Source: Mizuhopecten yessoensis (taxonomy: Eukaryota). From it: a stretch of 64,000 nucleotides of DNA. The notes under the pieces were generated by a model. It saw nothing but the letters and a program-made list of their open reading frames with translations, searched no databases and had not been told where the DNA came from. The stretch is from NCBI RefSeq assembly GCF_002113885.1, contig NW_018406762.1:1390834-1454833 (forward strand), written 5' to 3'. Every line of letters starts with the position of its first letter. Position 1 is the stretch's first letter. This document shows, piece after piece, positions 38,425-50,276 of this stretch. Made by a program: the position numbers and the translations under genes.

Positions 38425-40107
38425 TAAATAGGAAAGATGTCATAGTCAGTAGTTACACAGTCCTAGCTATTAACGTTATTGGTGCAGGTAAAAAGGACGG
38501 ATGTAATGGTCAGTAGCTACATAGCCCTAGTAAATAGGAGGGATGTAATAGTCAGTACTTACATAGCCCTAGCTATTAACGTTATTGTTACAGGTAAATA
38601 GGACGGATGTAATAGTCAGTAGTTACATAGCCCTAGTTATTAACGTTATTGGTACAGGTAAATTGGAAGGATGTCATAGTCAGTAGTTGCATAACCCTAG
38701 CTATTAACGTTATTGGTACAGGTAAATAGGAAGGATGTAATATTTAGTAGTTACATAGCCCTAGCTATTAACGTTATTGGTATAGGTAAATAGGAAGGTT
38801 GTAATAGTTAGTAGTTAAATAGCCCTAGCTATTAACGTTATTGGTACTGGTAAATAGGAAGGATGTAATAGTCAGTAGTTGCATAACCCTAGCTATTAAT
38901 GTTATTGGTACAGGTAAATAGGAAGGATGTACGAGTTAGTAGTTACATAGCCCTAGCTATTAACGTTATTGGTACAGGTAAATAGGAAGGATGTAATAGT
39001 CAGTAGTTGCATAACCCTAGCTATTAACGTTATTGGTATAGGTAAATAGGAAGGTTGTAATAGTAAGTAGTTACATAGCCCTAGCTTTTAACGTTATTGG
39101 TACAGGTAAATAGGAAGGATGTAATAGTTAGTAGTTACATATCACTAGCTATTAACGTTATTGGTACAGGTAAATAGGAAGGATGTCATAGTCAGTAGTT
39201 GCATAACCCTAGCTATTAACGTTATTGGTACAGGTAAATAGGAAGGATGTAATAGTCAGTAGTTACATAGCCCTATGAAATAGGAAGGATGTAATAGTCA
39301 GTAGTTAAATAGCCCTAGCTATTAACGTTATTGGGTCAGGTAAATAGGAAGGATGTAATAGTCAGTAGTTACATAGCCCTAGTAAATAGGAAGGATGTAA
39401 TAGTTAGTAGTTACATAGCCCTATGAAATAGGAAGGATGTAATAGTCAGTAGTTACATAGCCCTATGAAATAGCAAGGATGTAATAGTCAGTAGTTAAAT
39501 AGCCCTAGCTATTAACGTTATTGGTACAGGTAAATAGGAAGGATGTTATATTTAGTAGTTACATAGCCCTAGCTTTTAACGTTATTGGTACAGGGAAATA
39601 GGAAGGATGTAATAGTTAGTAGTTACATATCACTAGCTATTAACGTTATTGGGTCAGGTAAATAGGAAGGATGTCATAGTCAGTAGTTACATAGTCCTAG
39701 CTATCAACGTTATTGGTACAGGTAAATAGGAAGGATGTAATAGTTAGTAGTTACATAGCTCTAGCTATTGACGTTATTGGTACAGGTAAATAGGAAGGAT
39801 GTAATAGTCAGTAGTTACATAGTCCTAGCTATTAACGTTATTGGTACAGGTAAATAGGAAGGATGTTATATTTAGTAGTTACATAGCCCTAGCTAGTAAC
39901 GTTATTGGTACAGGTAAATAGGAATGATGTAATGGTCAGTAGTTACATAGTCCTACCTATTAACGTTATTGGTACAGGTAGATAGGAAGGATGTAATAGT
40001 CAGTAGTTAGATAGCCCTACCTATTAACGTTATTGGTACAGGTAAATAGGAAGGATGTAATAGTCAGTAGTTACATAGCCCTAGCTATTAATGTTATTGG
40101 TACAGGG
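38425..40107. repeat. 64-bp minisatellite array (~1.7 kb) with ~42-bp truncated variants
   Basis: Unit taaataggaaggatgtaatagtcagtagttacatagccctagctattaacgttattggtacagg. Confidence 0.95.
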
Positions 40108-42180
40108 GAAATCCTAAGAGAGATGAAACGAGAAAAACGAGTAGAAAAAGGAAACTGTTTATTTGAATATCCATACATGGTCGTGTTAAACCGCACATAG
40201 AAACTCGCATATACTAACTCCACATGGTACTGGTCAACCAATTTGTTTTTGCTACCAATTTATTTTTTGGTGTTTAGATTGCGTCATCATTTTTTTACTA
40301 TTGCGAATACGTTATCAGTTTGTGTTTACTATTGTTATGACGTCACCAAATATCACTTACTCCTGCTTAAGTCTCACCGTAATTGTTCAGATCATTTAAC
40401 GTTTCGGACGTGTGAACGTCCGTCATCGTTCATCGAAAAATACCATTGTGACATCACCTAAATGAGACGTCATATAATAGACAACATATTGGTCCATACA
40501 AAACTAAATCGTATCTTATAAAGGCAATCAAACTTGCAAAGTAGGCCCTGCTTTGTTTCCCAATATCCCAATTTCCAAATATCATATTGTTGATAGAAAT
40601 ATTGATTTTTCACATGTAGCATTTTCATTTTTTCAACACTTTCATATACATTATAATTTGGACAATTTTATGATAAAATTATACTTCAGAACATGACAAA
40701 ACACCCCAAACAAATAAAGAGAAACTGGTACGAATTCCGTCTTGTTCCTTAACTTCCCTACATCAATGTTGAACCCCCAGGCTAAATATCAGCGTCGTAT
40801 TACCGCAGTGCTTAGTTTGAAGGTTATTTAAGTACTGAACTAGCACGCCCATTGACATGACTACGAATGGCAACTGAAGGTCGTTCAATACTTACATTTA
40901 ACATTTCAAAAGATATTTCAATCTCCAACCATTTATTAGTCAAGATTCCACATTAAGTACAAATAGGCGTATTATCGGGTATTCTTGTGTACAGAGTAGA
41001 GCAGCTGTTTTCAAGGGAACATAAAGAAATGATTAGAAAAAGTTATAAAATGTTTCAAATTTCACAGTGGTCTTTTCTAAAAATTCCTAATGAAGCAATT
41101 AAAAGTTGTATCGTTATATGTGATTAAAGNTTAAAAAAAATTTTTTTTTTTTTTTTTTTTTTGTGTAATTTTCTTTTTTGCAATATATGGTATAGCTACA
41201 TTCAAATAATTCATATTATATATTCATAGCTCACACGACTCATATATACTCTAAATAAGAAGATTTATTACTAAAACGTATAGGAAAACGTTAAAATGCA
41301 TAAGAGAAAGGAAAATCAATAATGAAGAAAAATGGTTGGTGTATTTCTTAAAAGTTTGGGAAAATAAACTGCATGCACTACACAATCATGATAACTATGC
41401 GCTAACTACTTATAGATAGGGTTGTAGTACCCTAAACAATGATTTATTTCAAAATCGATTTTTTTTAATACTTTATAACATGTTTATTGTTCATTTATTA
41501 AACACAAATCAACATGTAATACTTTCACACACTAATTTATTATACGCTAAATAAAGCCTTGCTTTCGCACATTTTCTCATACATAAATACGTATTTGTAA
41601 CATTTATGGTTCAGAGAATCGAAACAATCATCTGGTTTTCATACATATAATATAACAATGTGGATGTATTTGGTAACAAGAAGGTAGATTTTATTCTGGT
41701 TGCGAGTTCCGAATGTGTGATAGTGTATAAATAACTATGTGATAACGTTTCCACTTAAATTTGAGGGTCTTTTAAAATAAAAACAGACCGCTTTATAGGA
41801 TTATTAGGGCATGTTATTGTGGATATTCAATGTGTATATCACGACGATATTTAATACAGCGTAGTGCATTCACGTATACACCCGTACATGGGAGTTAACG
41901 ATTCAAGTATTGATTTACAATACGTCGGTCGTATCCCCAACAACTCTGGAATGAAAAGGGCGAAACAAAATACACACAAAAAGCTCTCAGGCCAACTCAA
42001 TAATTAATTCGTTGATCATTTTAAAGATCATTGTTGGTTAAACAATCTAATGACTTGTGGCTGTCCGATTATCGATGTCATTAAACACCACAGTCTCTGC
42101 AATTTGATTCGATATTTGGGGATGTTTTATACTCCATACTTCGGTTAATCTTGGTGAAATTATATATACATAATAGACTA

Positions 42181-42331
42181 GGACGGTACAGTCGCGACAA
42201 TCGATCCACACGCGTCCGCTCCCACTCTTTTAAGGGTAACCAATCATTGTCTCTACTAAAGGACATACACCTGGTTGTTCCTCTAGTCTCGTACTTGTCT
42301 CATGATGTATCATGGCTACTCCTACTACGAA
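42181..42331 (-). pseudogene. Third degenerate TRIM propeller relic
   Basis: ggacggtacagtcgcgacaatcgatccacacgcgtcc...aaggacatacacctggttg matches 804-940 and 9741-9900; truncated by a deletion at 42331. Confidence 0.75.
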
Positions 42332-42736
42332 GCATGGAGCTCCCCAAAGGGTTAAATAAATATCCGACTATTTAGTTAACCGGATAACAGTTGACAACCT
42401 AAATTAAAAACAACGTCGTTTTCGTCCATATGTCGGCATCACGTCTGTCCGCTTGTCTGTAATGTCTGCTTTTTAAAGATCGCCTTGATATGTGATTTAG
42501 TACGACCCTGCTTGATGGCATTTAAAATCTCTACATAAAGTCGGATATATAAGTATTTCATGGGAGTCTTAATTACGCAAAATATATGTAATGAACAAAT
42601 CAGTATCTTATTCATTTCTCATCAAGAATTTAGAGCACCAAATTGATTGTAAATCTGATTTGACTTTTTAAAAACACATTTTATTGTTACAGAGTATACA
42701 GCAAAGACTGGACATAAGTTATTGTAACCTACAAAA

Positions 42737-43225
42737 CTTCCCTCTTATTCCAGTTACACAACTGTGTTTGATACCAGTCATTCCCCTCTTATTTCAGTTA
42801 CAGAACCGGGTTTGATACCAGTCATTCCCCTCTTATTTCAGTTACAGAACCGGGTTTGATACCAGTCATTCCCCTCTTATTTCAGTTACAGAACCGGGTT
42901 TGATACCAGTCATTCCCCTCTTATTTCAGTTACAGAACCGGGTTTGATACCAGTCATTCCCCTCTTATTTCAGTTACAGAACCGGGTTTGATACCAGTCA
43001 TTCCCCTCTTATTTCAGTTACAGAACCGGGTTTGATACCAGTCATTCCCCTCTTATTTCAGTTACAGAACCGGGTTTGATACCAGTCATTCCCCTCTTAT
43101 TTCAGTTACAGAACCGGGTTTGATACCAGTCATTCCCCTCTTATTTCAGTTACAGAACCGGGTTTGATACCAGTCATTTATTCTCCTCTTATTCCAGTTA
43201 CACAACCGGGTTTGATACCAGTCAT
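42737..43225. repeat. 44-bp minisatellite, 9 identical units plus 2 variant flanking units
   Basis: ttcccctcttatttcagttacagaaccgggtttgataccagtca repeated exactly over 42781-43176, with no spacers. Confidence 0.95.
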
Positions 43226-44598
43226 TTAAGATATAATTACAACGCAGTCGAATAAAAGGTTGGAAAATTGAATAATAATATGTCCCTTGGTTGGAGTTAT
43301 TTGTTGTCGTTAAATTTTCGTCCACTTTAAATCTAAATCTAATTACACAACACGAATTGGTTGTACACCATGCTAGGGTTGTTGGTATGTGTAGAAATGA
43401 TTAAGCATAAAGGAAGTCTAAAAGTGATATATTTACCTTTCTATCGAAATGTTATTTTCAGTTGATTTGCAAATAATTTTATAAAAAGTTCACTTTGATG
43501 GATTTGGATATTTTGACAACAAGTCATTTATGTGAACGGTTTCCTCCCTAACGACATGACATTGATATTCCAGGGGGTTCGTTCACTGAAATATGTCATG
43601 ACAAAATTAAAGTCTCTGACATTTTCTAAATGATACAAGTACACTAGTCAATCAAATAGCTACATTTGTGCCTTATATTTCACCATGATATGTCCATGGT
43701 TGAAACGGTATAAACAGTTATGATCCCAAAGAACCTTCCACTAAGTTTGTTTGACTTAAAGTAATATCCGTTATATATAGAAGATGGACCAAGCAGATGG
43801 ATTTTGTAGCCCAGAGTTACTTTCCCTGTCTACCTATGAATCGTTCAGTGCTCTCCTCATTTTCATAGACTTTGTGGCCCTTAAATTGGATTTTAACTTC
43901 GGAGCTATTCTTTAGCAGTAATACCTATACAAATGCTTTATTTAGAGCTTCACAGTTTAGATAGTTTTATACATGAACAGAGAATAAGAAAATTATATAC
44001 AAATCTAAATCCATTAAACATCATGTATTTAGATGTTTGTATTGTTTGGAAACGAACGTTTCGAGTAAAAAACCTTACTGAAGATGTTTTATATAGCACG
44101 TTCTTAAATATTGACAAAGTGTCTGTCTGCCTGTCTGTCTGATTCTTTTCTCTCTAACTATCTCTTCATATGTGCCTATAATTAATTACGTGTCGCAAAA
44201 ATGTTATAAACAAATATTTCATCATTATGACAATCATAATGGTACTCGATCTTTACCTTAGGATGACATGATATATTTCAAAATAAATCCTTGGAAAACT
44301 AAGTAAACAATAACAATACCTTATCCCACAAATAAATAAAACAAAACCCTCAGTGCAGCTCACTAATTTTGGTTGGTCAGGTCAGTGATCAGGCATTGTC
44401 GGTTCAATAACCTTATTACTTTAAAATGTTTTTCACATATGTCATAAACACCAATTGATCAATTGTTCGAATGTCTCTACAATATAAATCAATATTTGAG
44501 GGTATTTATTAGGCATTGATGAATTGTTTGTGATGATATTTATATCATGTAGTATTGTACCACGAGGTCAAGTGTTCATCATGTACTCTTTCTTCGTG

Positions 44599-46218
44599 TT
44601 ACAGTCTCATGACGTGTACGGTACCGTAGCTACACCCGATCCACACGTTCCCACACGTGTCCACACCCGCTACTGTAGGTTCGATCACTCCATGTTTCTG
44701 GTCCAGGAAACACGTGGCCTGTGAACTATCTCTCGGTAGGACATGCACCAGGTTGTTGTAGGAGTCTGGTACAAACAGTCTGTCGTATTTGTCACGTGAC
44801 ATCTTATGGAAGGCCCTATTACCATCATTTTGACCGTTGTTGATTTCAACAGTCCATTTATATTTGGTTGTACCAGATCTGTCTGTTATGATTGATACAT
44901 TTGTAAAGTCCGACACTGCAATGTCTCCTGACGACAAACATGTAATACGCCACCCTTTCATTCCACACGTCACCTTCCTAACAATCGTACCTGACTGATT
45001 CAGTACCACTATGTCTGGTGTGTTTGTACTAACACACACCTCGTCTCTCTCGTTGATGCTGATGTCGAATGCGGTATGTGGTCTGATGTTAGCAAATGTT
45101 GTCACTTGTTTGTTGTGTAGCGATATTTTATATACAAATGTACTATCATTATAACTGGTCATAAATATGTCTGTTGTCCCGACCATGGCGATCATGTATG
45201 GACAGAAGTCCAGTTTAACTGTCTCTTTGACCACTCCCTCCCTGTTGACCAGTACCAGTCCCTTGTATTCACGTATTGATAACCATGCGTGTCTGTCGTC
45301 GACTGGACAGATACCCCATATATGATTTTGTTGGGTAACAGTAAACTTCGAGAGACGTTGAACGTCTTTACTTTCGATGTTTGTCTTCTCGTACTGGTTC
45401 TCGTGGTGTAATTCTCCTAACATTTTCGTCAACAGGACGCGATCGATATTTCCGGTAACAAAGCTTGGTTGTTTTGGTGAAACATGCTTAATCTTAACGT
45501 CATACAGGGGCAGAGTTTTCCTCAATGACATTTCCGTTTCAATTATGAATACACTAGATGTATCCGTCATTTCCGCCTTTTCAAGCAGACGCGTCAGCTC
45601 TTCGACGTTTTTCTCCGATCGTTGAATATCTTTCTTGTACAGCAGTGATTCCTCTTTTTCTAAAGATGCTAACTCGGCCAGCACTGCTTCCGCGATAGAA
45701 TCTACTTCTGCCTTTAACTTAGTCCTCTGTGAGTTTACCTCTTTCCTCGTTGTATCAATGTTGTCTTTGAACGTTTTGTTCACGCGATGTCGCTCTGACG
45801 TCGCGTTATTGAAATTTGCTATTTTATCAGCTATCGTTGTCATATGTTCCTTAAAATGTTCCTTTTTGACAGATAGTTCGTCTTCAAAAAGTTTCCAGTT
45901 GTGCTGTTTATGATTTTTAGATAAACATGTCGAACAAATCAACTCGTTGCAGTCCGAGCAGAACATATCACACAGTTTACCGAGATGTAGTTTACATACC
46001 TCTGGTACAGGCTTGTAGCCCTGACGGTTAGCCTTCCCTATCGACACGACGTCATCGTTTTTTGTTTTCCTTCCTCGTGTATGGGTTTCCTTACACCGGT
46101 TACATAAATTCTCCTGACAATCGTTACAGTACCATCTTACCCCGTCTTCACTGTCACACAAAGCACACGTATAGATAACGGGTTCCTGGGCACGCCCTAC
46201 GGATCTGTTACTTGCCAT
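44599..46218 (-). CDS. TRIM-like protein copy 5, intact, 539 aa
   Basis: 1620-nt ORF from the conserved ATG (ACACCATGG), collinear with copies 1 and 4; AATAAA retained. Confidence 0.9.
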   Translation of the reverse strand: MASNRSVGRAQEPVIYTCALCDSEDGVRWYCNDCQENLCNRCKETHTRGRKTKNDDVVSIGKANRQGYKPVPEVCKLHLGKLCDMFCSDCNELICSTCLSKNHKQHNWKLFEDELSVKKEHFKEHMTTIADKIANFNNATSERHRVNKTFKDNIDTTRKEVNSQRTKLKAEVDSIAEAVLAELASLEKEESLLYKKDIQRSEKNVEELTRLLEKAEMTDTSSVFIIETEMSLRKTLPLYDVKIKHVSPKQPSFVTGNIDRVLLTKMLGELHHENQYEKTNIESKDVQRLSKFTVTQQNHIWGICPVDDRHAWLSIREYKGLVLVNREGVVKETVKLDFCPYMIAMVGTTDIFMTSYNDSTFVYKISLHNKQVTTFANIRPHTAFDISINERDEVCVSTNTPDIVVLNQSGTIVRKVTCGMKGWRITCLSSGDIAVSDFTNVSIITDRSGTTKYKWTVEINNGQNDGNRAFHKMSRDKYDRLFVPDSYNNLVHVLPRDSSQATCFLDQKHGVIEPTVAGVDTCGNVWIGCSYGTVHVMRL

Positions 46219-48230
46219 GGTGTTGGCCCCTTCACAGAACACGATAACACTTTACACACAAACTGTGAAATGCCACCATTTTGTTGTTAGCTTTAACTAT
46301 ACACTCCCTTGTTCCGGGTATACCACGTGATAAAACCGACCGACACGTATGATGTCCCGGACTCCTGACGTTAGGCCAAAAACATAGATAAACATATGTT
46401 ACATAATACAGTAGAAAAAGTAATGAAGTCAAATATTTACCTGTAGCTATCGTTTACCGTGTTTAATAACAGACAGTTAATGGCCTAGTAGAAAAAGAAA
46501 AAAAAGCATTGCACAAAGCTACAATGTCACAACTGTCCAAAATCTATAAGGGGAGGCAGACAGGTGACCTTGACCTTATAAATAAATTTTCAATGTACTT
46601 ATCACAGTCAGTTTTGCTTGCAGTATTACATGACATCAGATTAAGAGATCTCAGGGTTCGAAATTGACATCTTCGTGGTATTTCATAAAATGATAAAATA
46701 ATAATAATTCGTTCTATCACAACCTAGGTCGTAGGCCGTTTATAAACGGATCACAAACTCTTATGGTTATTTTTATGATATGCATCTCTTTCTTGAATCA
46801 ATAGAAGCTTTCAACTCTAAACTCCTGTAAAGAATGTCAATTAATGAGGAAAACACGTGACATTCATCGCTCTTTTACAGTTTTTGAATGTCAACATCTG
46901 ACACATTTGTGTCGAGCATGAAAGAGCATGTCGTTGAAATATTTTAGAGCATATCATACTATTTTCCTAAAGAGGAACATCTGAAAATTGCGTCTGAAAA
47001 TTATAGTCGTCTACAAAGAAAACCAAAAATATTTCAAATTGTTGACTGATTTATGACGGAGTTTGCATTCCAGAGCTTCCCCCCTCTTGAGGCCTCAAGA
47101 TATTCATGTGTCAGTTCGATTGCGACTTTATCAAACAAAAACACATAAAAAGTAGAGTTATTATTAATGGCACAGCGTTCAGTTTAGAAACACCTGTCTC
47201 GTACTGAGGCAAAACGACAATGCCACACGAGTTATTTCCCGTAAGACAGTCACCAGGTGATTATAAACTAATGCAATGTCGTTGACAAAAAAGAAGAAAT
47301 ATGAAGGTGATATTATCTATCAAATAATATGGTTAAAGATCAAAATATACCGTCTGAAATGTCTCGGTGAAGAGAAACGCACAGCCAAGGGAATGAAAAC
47401 AATTGTGTAATTAAAAATTAATTGAGAAATCAAGCTTACGTATAATGCCTTTTGGTATAACATTTACGTTGTCTTGAGCTACTGGTGTAGACACAAGGAA
47501 AAGGTCGAATAAATGCAAACGATGTAAATAGCTTCGAGATGAGAACACCTCTGATGATAGTGATTGGTACGATGACTTACAATTACAGATTATTCGGGCG
47601 TGATCTCTTTTTTTTGCTGAGAAATCGTGTACCAATTTAAAAATACCGGGAGTGAAACACCCCTGGGCATGACAAAGTATTTTTGTGTCATTTCAGTCAC
47701 CAAATCACGACCGTAAAATGACTAATGATTTTACTGATTATGTTTGTTTCGATGTCGGTTCATTGAAGCTGTACGCCTTTTCTCTTAAATCATCTTAGCA
47801 CAACGTTCATACACTGACCGTGTATATTTTTCGTCACCAGAAACGTTTACGTCAAAAGAGAATGAGTGAGTAACTTTAGCAGACGTATTGCATAACAAAC
47901 CTTTGATTGGTAAGTTTTTTCCCCTCCGGTTTGAGGCTAGACAGACAAGTAAAAGTGGATCAGCGTCATCTTCTTGTTAATACCATGTTGTTTGCAGTGC
48001 TTACATGTACGTTTAGTTTGAGACGATGACACGACCGCACCGTCTGTGATTATATGATCATTTAAAGGGCGTTACAGGTGTTTGTATTTCACAAGATTAA
48101 TTAAAAACCTTTTCGTTTTGTATTTCCTTATTTTTCATTTTTTTTGTTGTTTCATCTACAACAACCTAGCAGTCCAAATATACTCTCACTTGTAGACAGA
48201 AGCAAGATTTTCTCAGTCCTCCTCCCCCTA

Positions 48231-48231
48231 C

Positions 48232-48304
<73 letters not shown>

Positions 48305-48305
48305 T
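48231..48305. repeat. (CAT)n microsatellite
   Basis: About 24 pure TCA/CAT units; paralog of 29195-29336. Confidence 0.9.
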
Positions 48306-49824
48306 AAAATGCACAATGACCAGTATAATCATCAGCATCATGTACAAACATTGAAGAGCACCATCCTCATCATTTACACACCCTGATGACCATACTTACT
48401 TATACACGTGTACACCCATGCACTCTCTAAAAAACATACTTCACAACGTACATCATTTATATACTCAGATATACACTAAATCTTACACACATATACATAC
48501 ACACATACATATGCACTGAATCCGTGTTTTTCTTCTATAGGTGCATCGTATTTTATTTCTGCAAGGATTACCTCCTTTTATTGGTATTCAATGCACGAGT
48601 CCTTTGGCGTCTTTGAAATGAGTCATACGTTCTTGTATACTTCTTAATTTGTGTAAAAGTTTTGTGTTCGTCGGAAATGTGTCATCAATCTTGATGTACC
48701 ACTTCAATATGTTGTCAATACTAGTGTAACTATCAAACTTTTCATCAACGTTTGTCTACGTTTTTAATGTGTTTTATTTTATCATAACATCGATTGCATG
48801 GTTTAGTTCTAATTACCATTTTTACATAATGTTACATAGTGTGACAGCATATACCCTTAAATACGACGTGATATGGTTTGGTTTGTTTGTATTTTATGCC
48901 CTATAAACATCTATTGTCATTTAAGGACGTTCCTTGTTTTGGTGGCGGAGGAATGCTAGTACCTGCCGAATGCCTAAAGTAGGTCTCGAACCAGCGACCC
49001 AGTGTTGTAGGACTAGTGGAAGCAGAATGTCAGTAAACGGTGTGATATGAAGTCATCAAGAGAATGCATATGGTGCCATTTGGGCTTAGTTCTGAGTTCT
49101 CGGTACTGTTGACGCTGGATTTGCTGCAAATTGTTTTGCTCTTAATATGTTTGTTCTCTCATATTCACTTTGTGTTTACGCCACCGGATATCGGCACCAC
49201 GGAAGCGGAGATTTTGTATGATGGGCCACGGTTGATGATGAGTATTTTTTGATGACTTACTTACAGCATTGACAAACATATGCTTAAGGCTTTATGTATC
49301 AATATCTCATATTTTTAGCGTTTATCTAAGCCACAGAAATCAATCAAATAATCCCTCAGATAACGATATAATTTAAATATTAGCTACAACAAAGATACCT
49401 CGGCTTTCATTGTTAACAGACAGTTTTTTGCAAGGTGTTAAAACATATCTTCAGTATATTATGTCTATTTCATTTAATTAACTTTCAATTGAGATAGTTT
49501 AGGTTTGTCCTAACTGGTCTTGCTATTAAATGAGGCCTAGAAATATAAAAACCTAATGAACCAAAATCTCATCTTCACGCTGCTAACATTTACAATGGTT
49601 CTGCCTCCGTGGTCCGATGTCTGGTGGCGTTAACACACGGTGATCTTTCAGTGATAGTGTCTCCCGTTTTAGTCTTGAGACACTTATGTCATCACACAGA
49701 GAGTAGATTAGCCACGCGTACTTGTGACGACATAATGAAAAAGATCGAATACGTCACTTTTATATAATTTTCACCATCATACATTCTAGCTGGCGTAATA
49801 ACCTTTCTATTTGTAATCGACAAA

Positions 49825-50276
49825 GTTTTGTTCACGCGATGTCGCTCTGACGTCTCGTTCTTGAAATTTGCTATTTTATCAGCTAACGTTGCCATATGTT
49901 CCTTCAAATGTTCCTGTTCCTTTTTGACAGACAGTTCGTCTTCAAAAAGTTTCCAGTTGTGCTGATCATGACTTTTAGAAAAACATGTCGAACAAATCAA
50001 CTCGTTGCAGTCCGAGCAGAAAAAATCACACAGTTTACCGGGATGGCGTTTACATACCTCTAGCACAGGTAAGTGGTCCTGGCGGTTAGCCTCCCCGATC
50101 GACTCGACGTCATCTTTTTTAGTTTTCCTTCCGCGTGTATGGGTTTCCTTACATCGGTCACATAAATTCTCCTGACAATCGTTACAATACCATCGTATCC
50201 CGTCTTCACTGTCACACAAATCACACGTGTAGGTAACGGGTTCCTGGGGACGCCGTACCGATCTGTTACTTGCCAT
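49825..50276 (-). pseudogene. TRIM-like copy 6, 3'-truncated (two B-boxes plus start of coiled coil)
   Basis: Homologous from the ATG to HRVNKT, then reads into non-coding block sequence to a stop at 49692 (ORF 49692..50300). It has an in-frame 6-nt duplication (KKEQEHL). Confidence 0.85.

Noticed and set aside
42781-43176. Identical ~44-bp direct repeats resembling a CRISPR array (also the 64-bp and 54-bp arrays)
   Set aside because: The repeats are head-to-tail with no unique spacers, there are no cas genes, and the context is eukaryotic.
12959-50276. Idea that copy 6 (N-half) and copy 2 (C-half) are one gene split by a huge intron or insertion
   Set aside because: About 50 codons of coiled coil are missing between the breakpoints, there are no suitable in-frame splice sites at the junctions, and each truncation has its own deletion-type junction.
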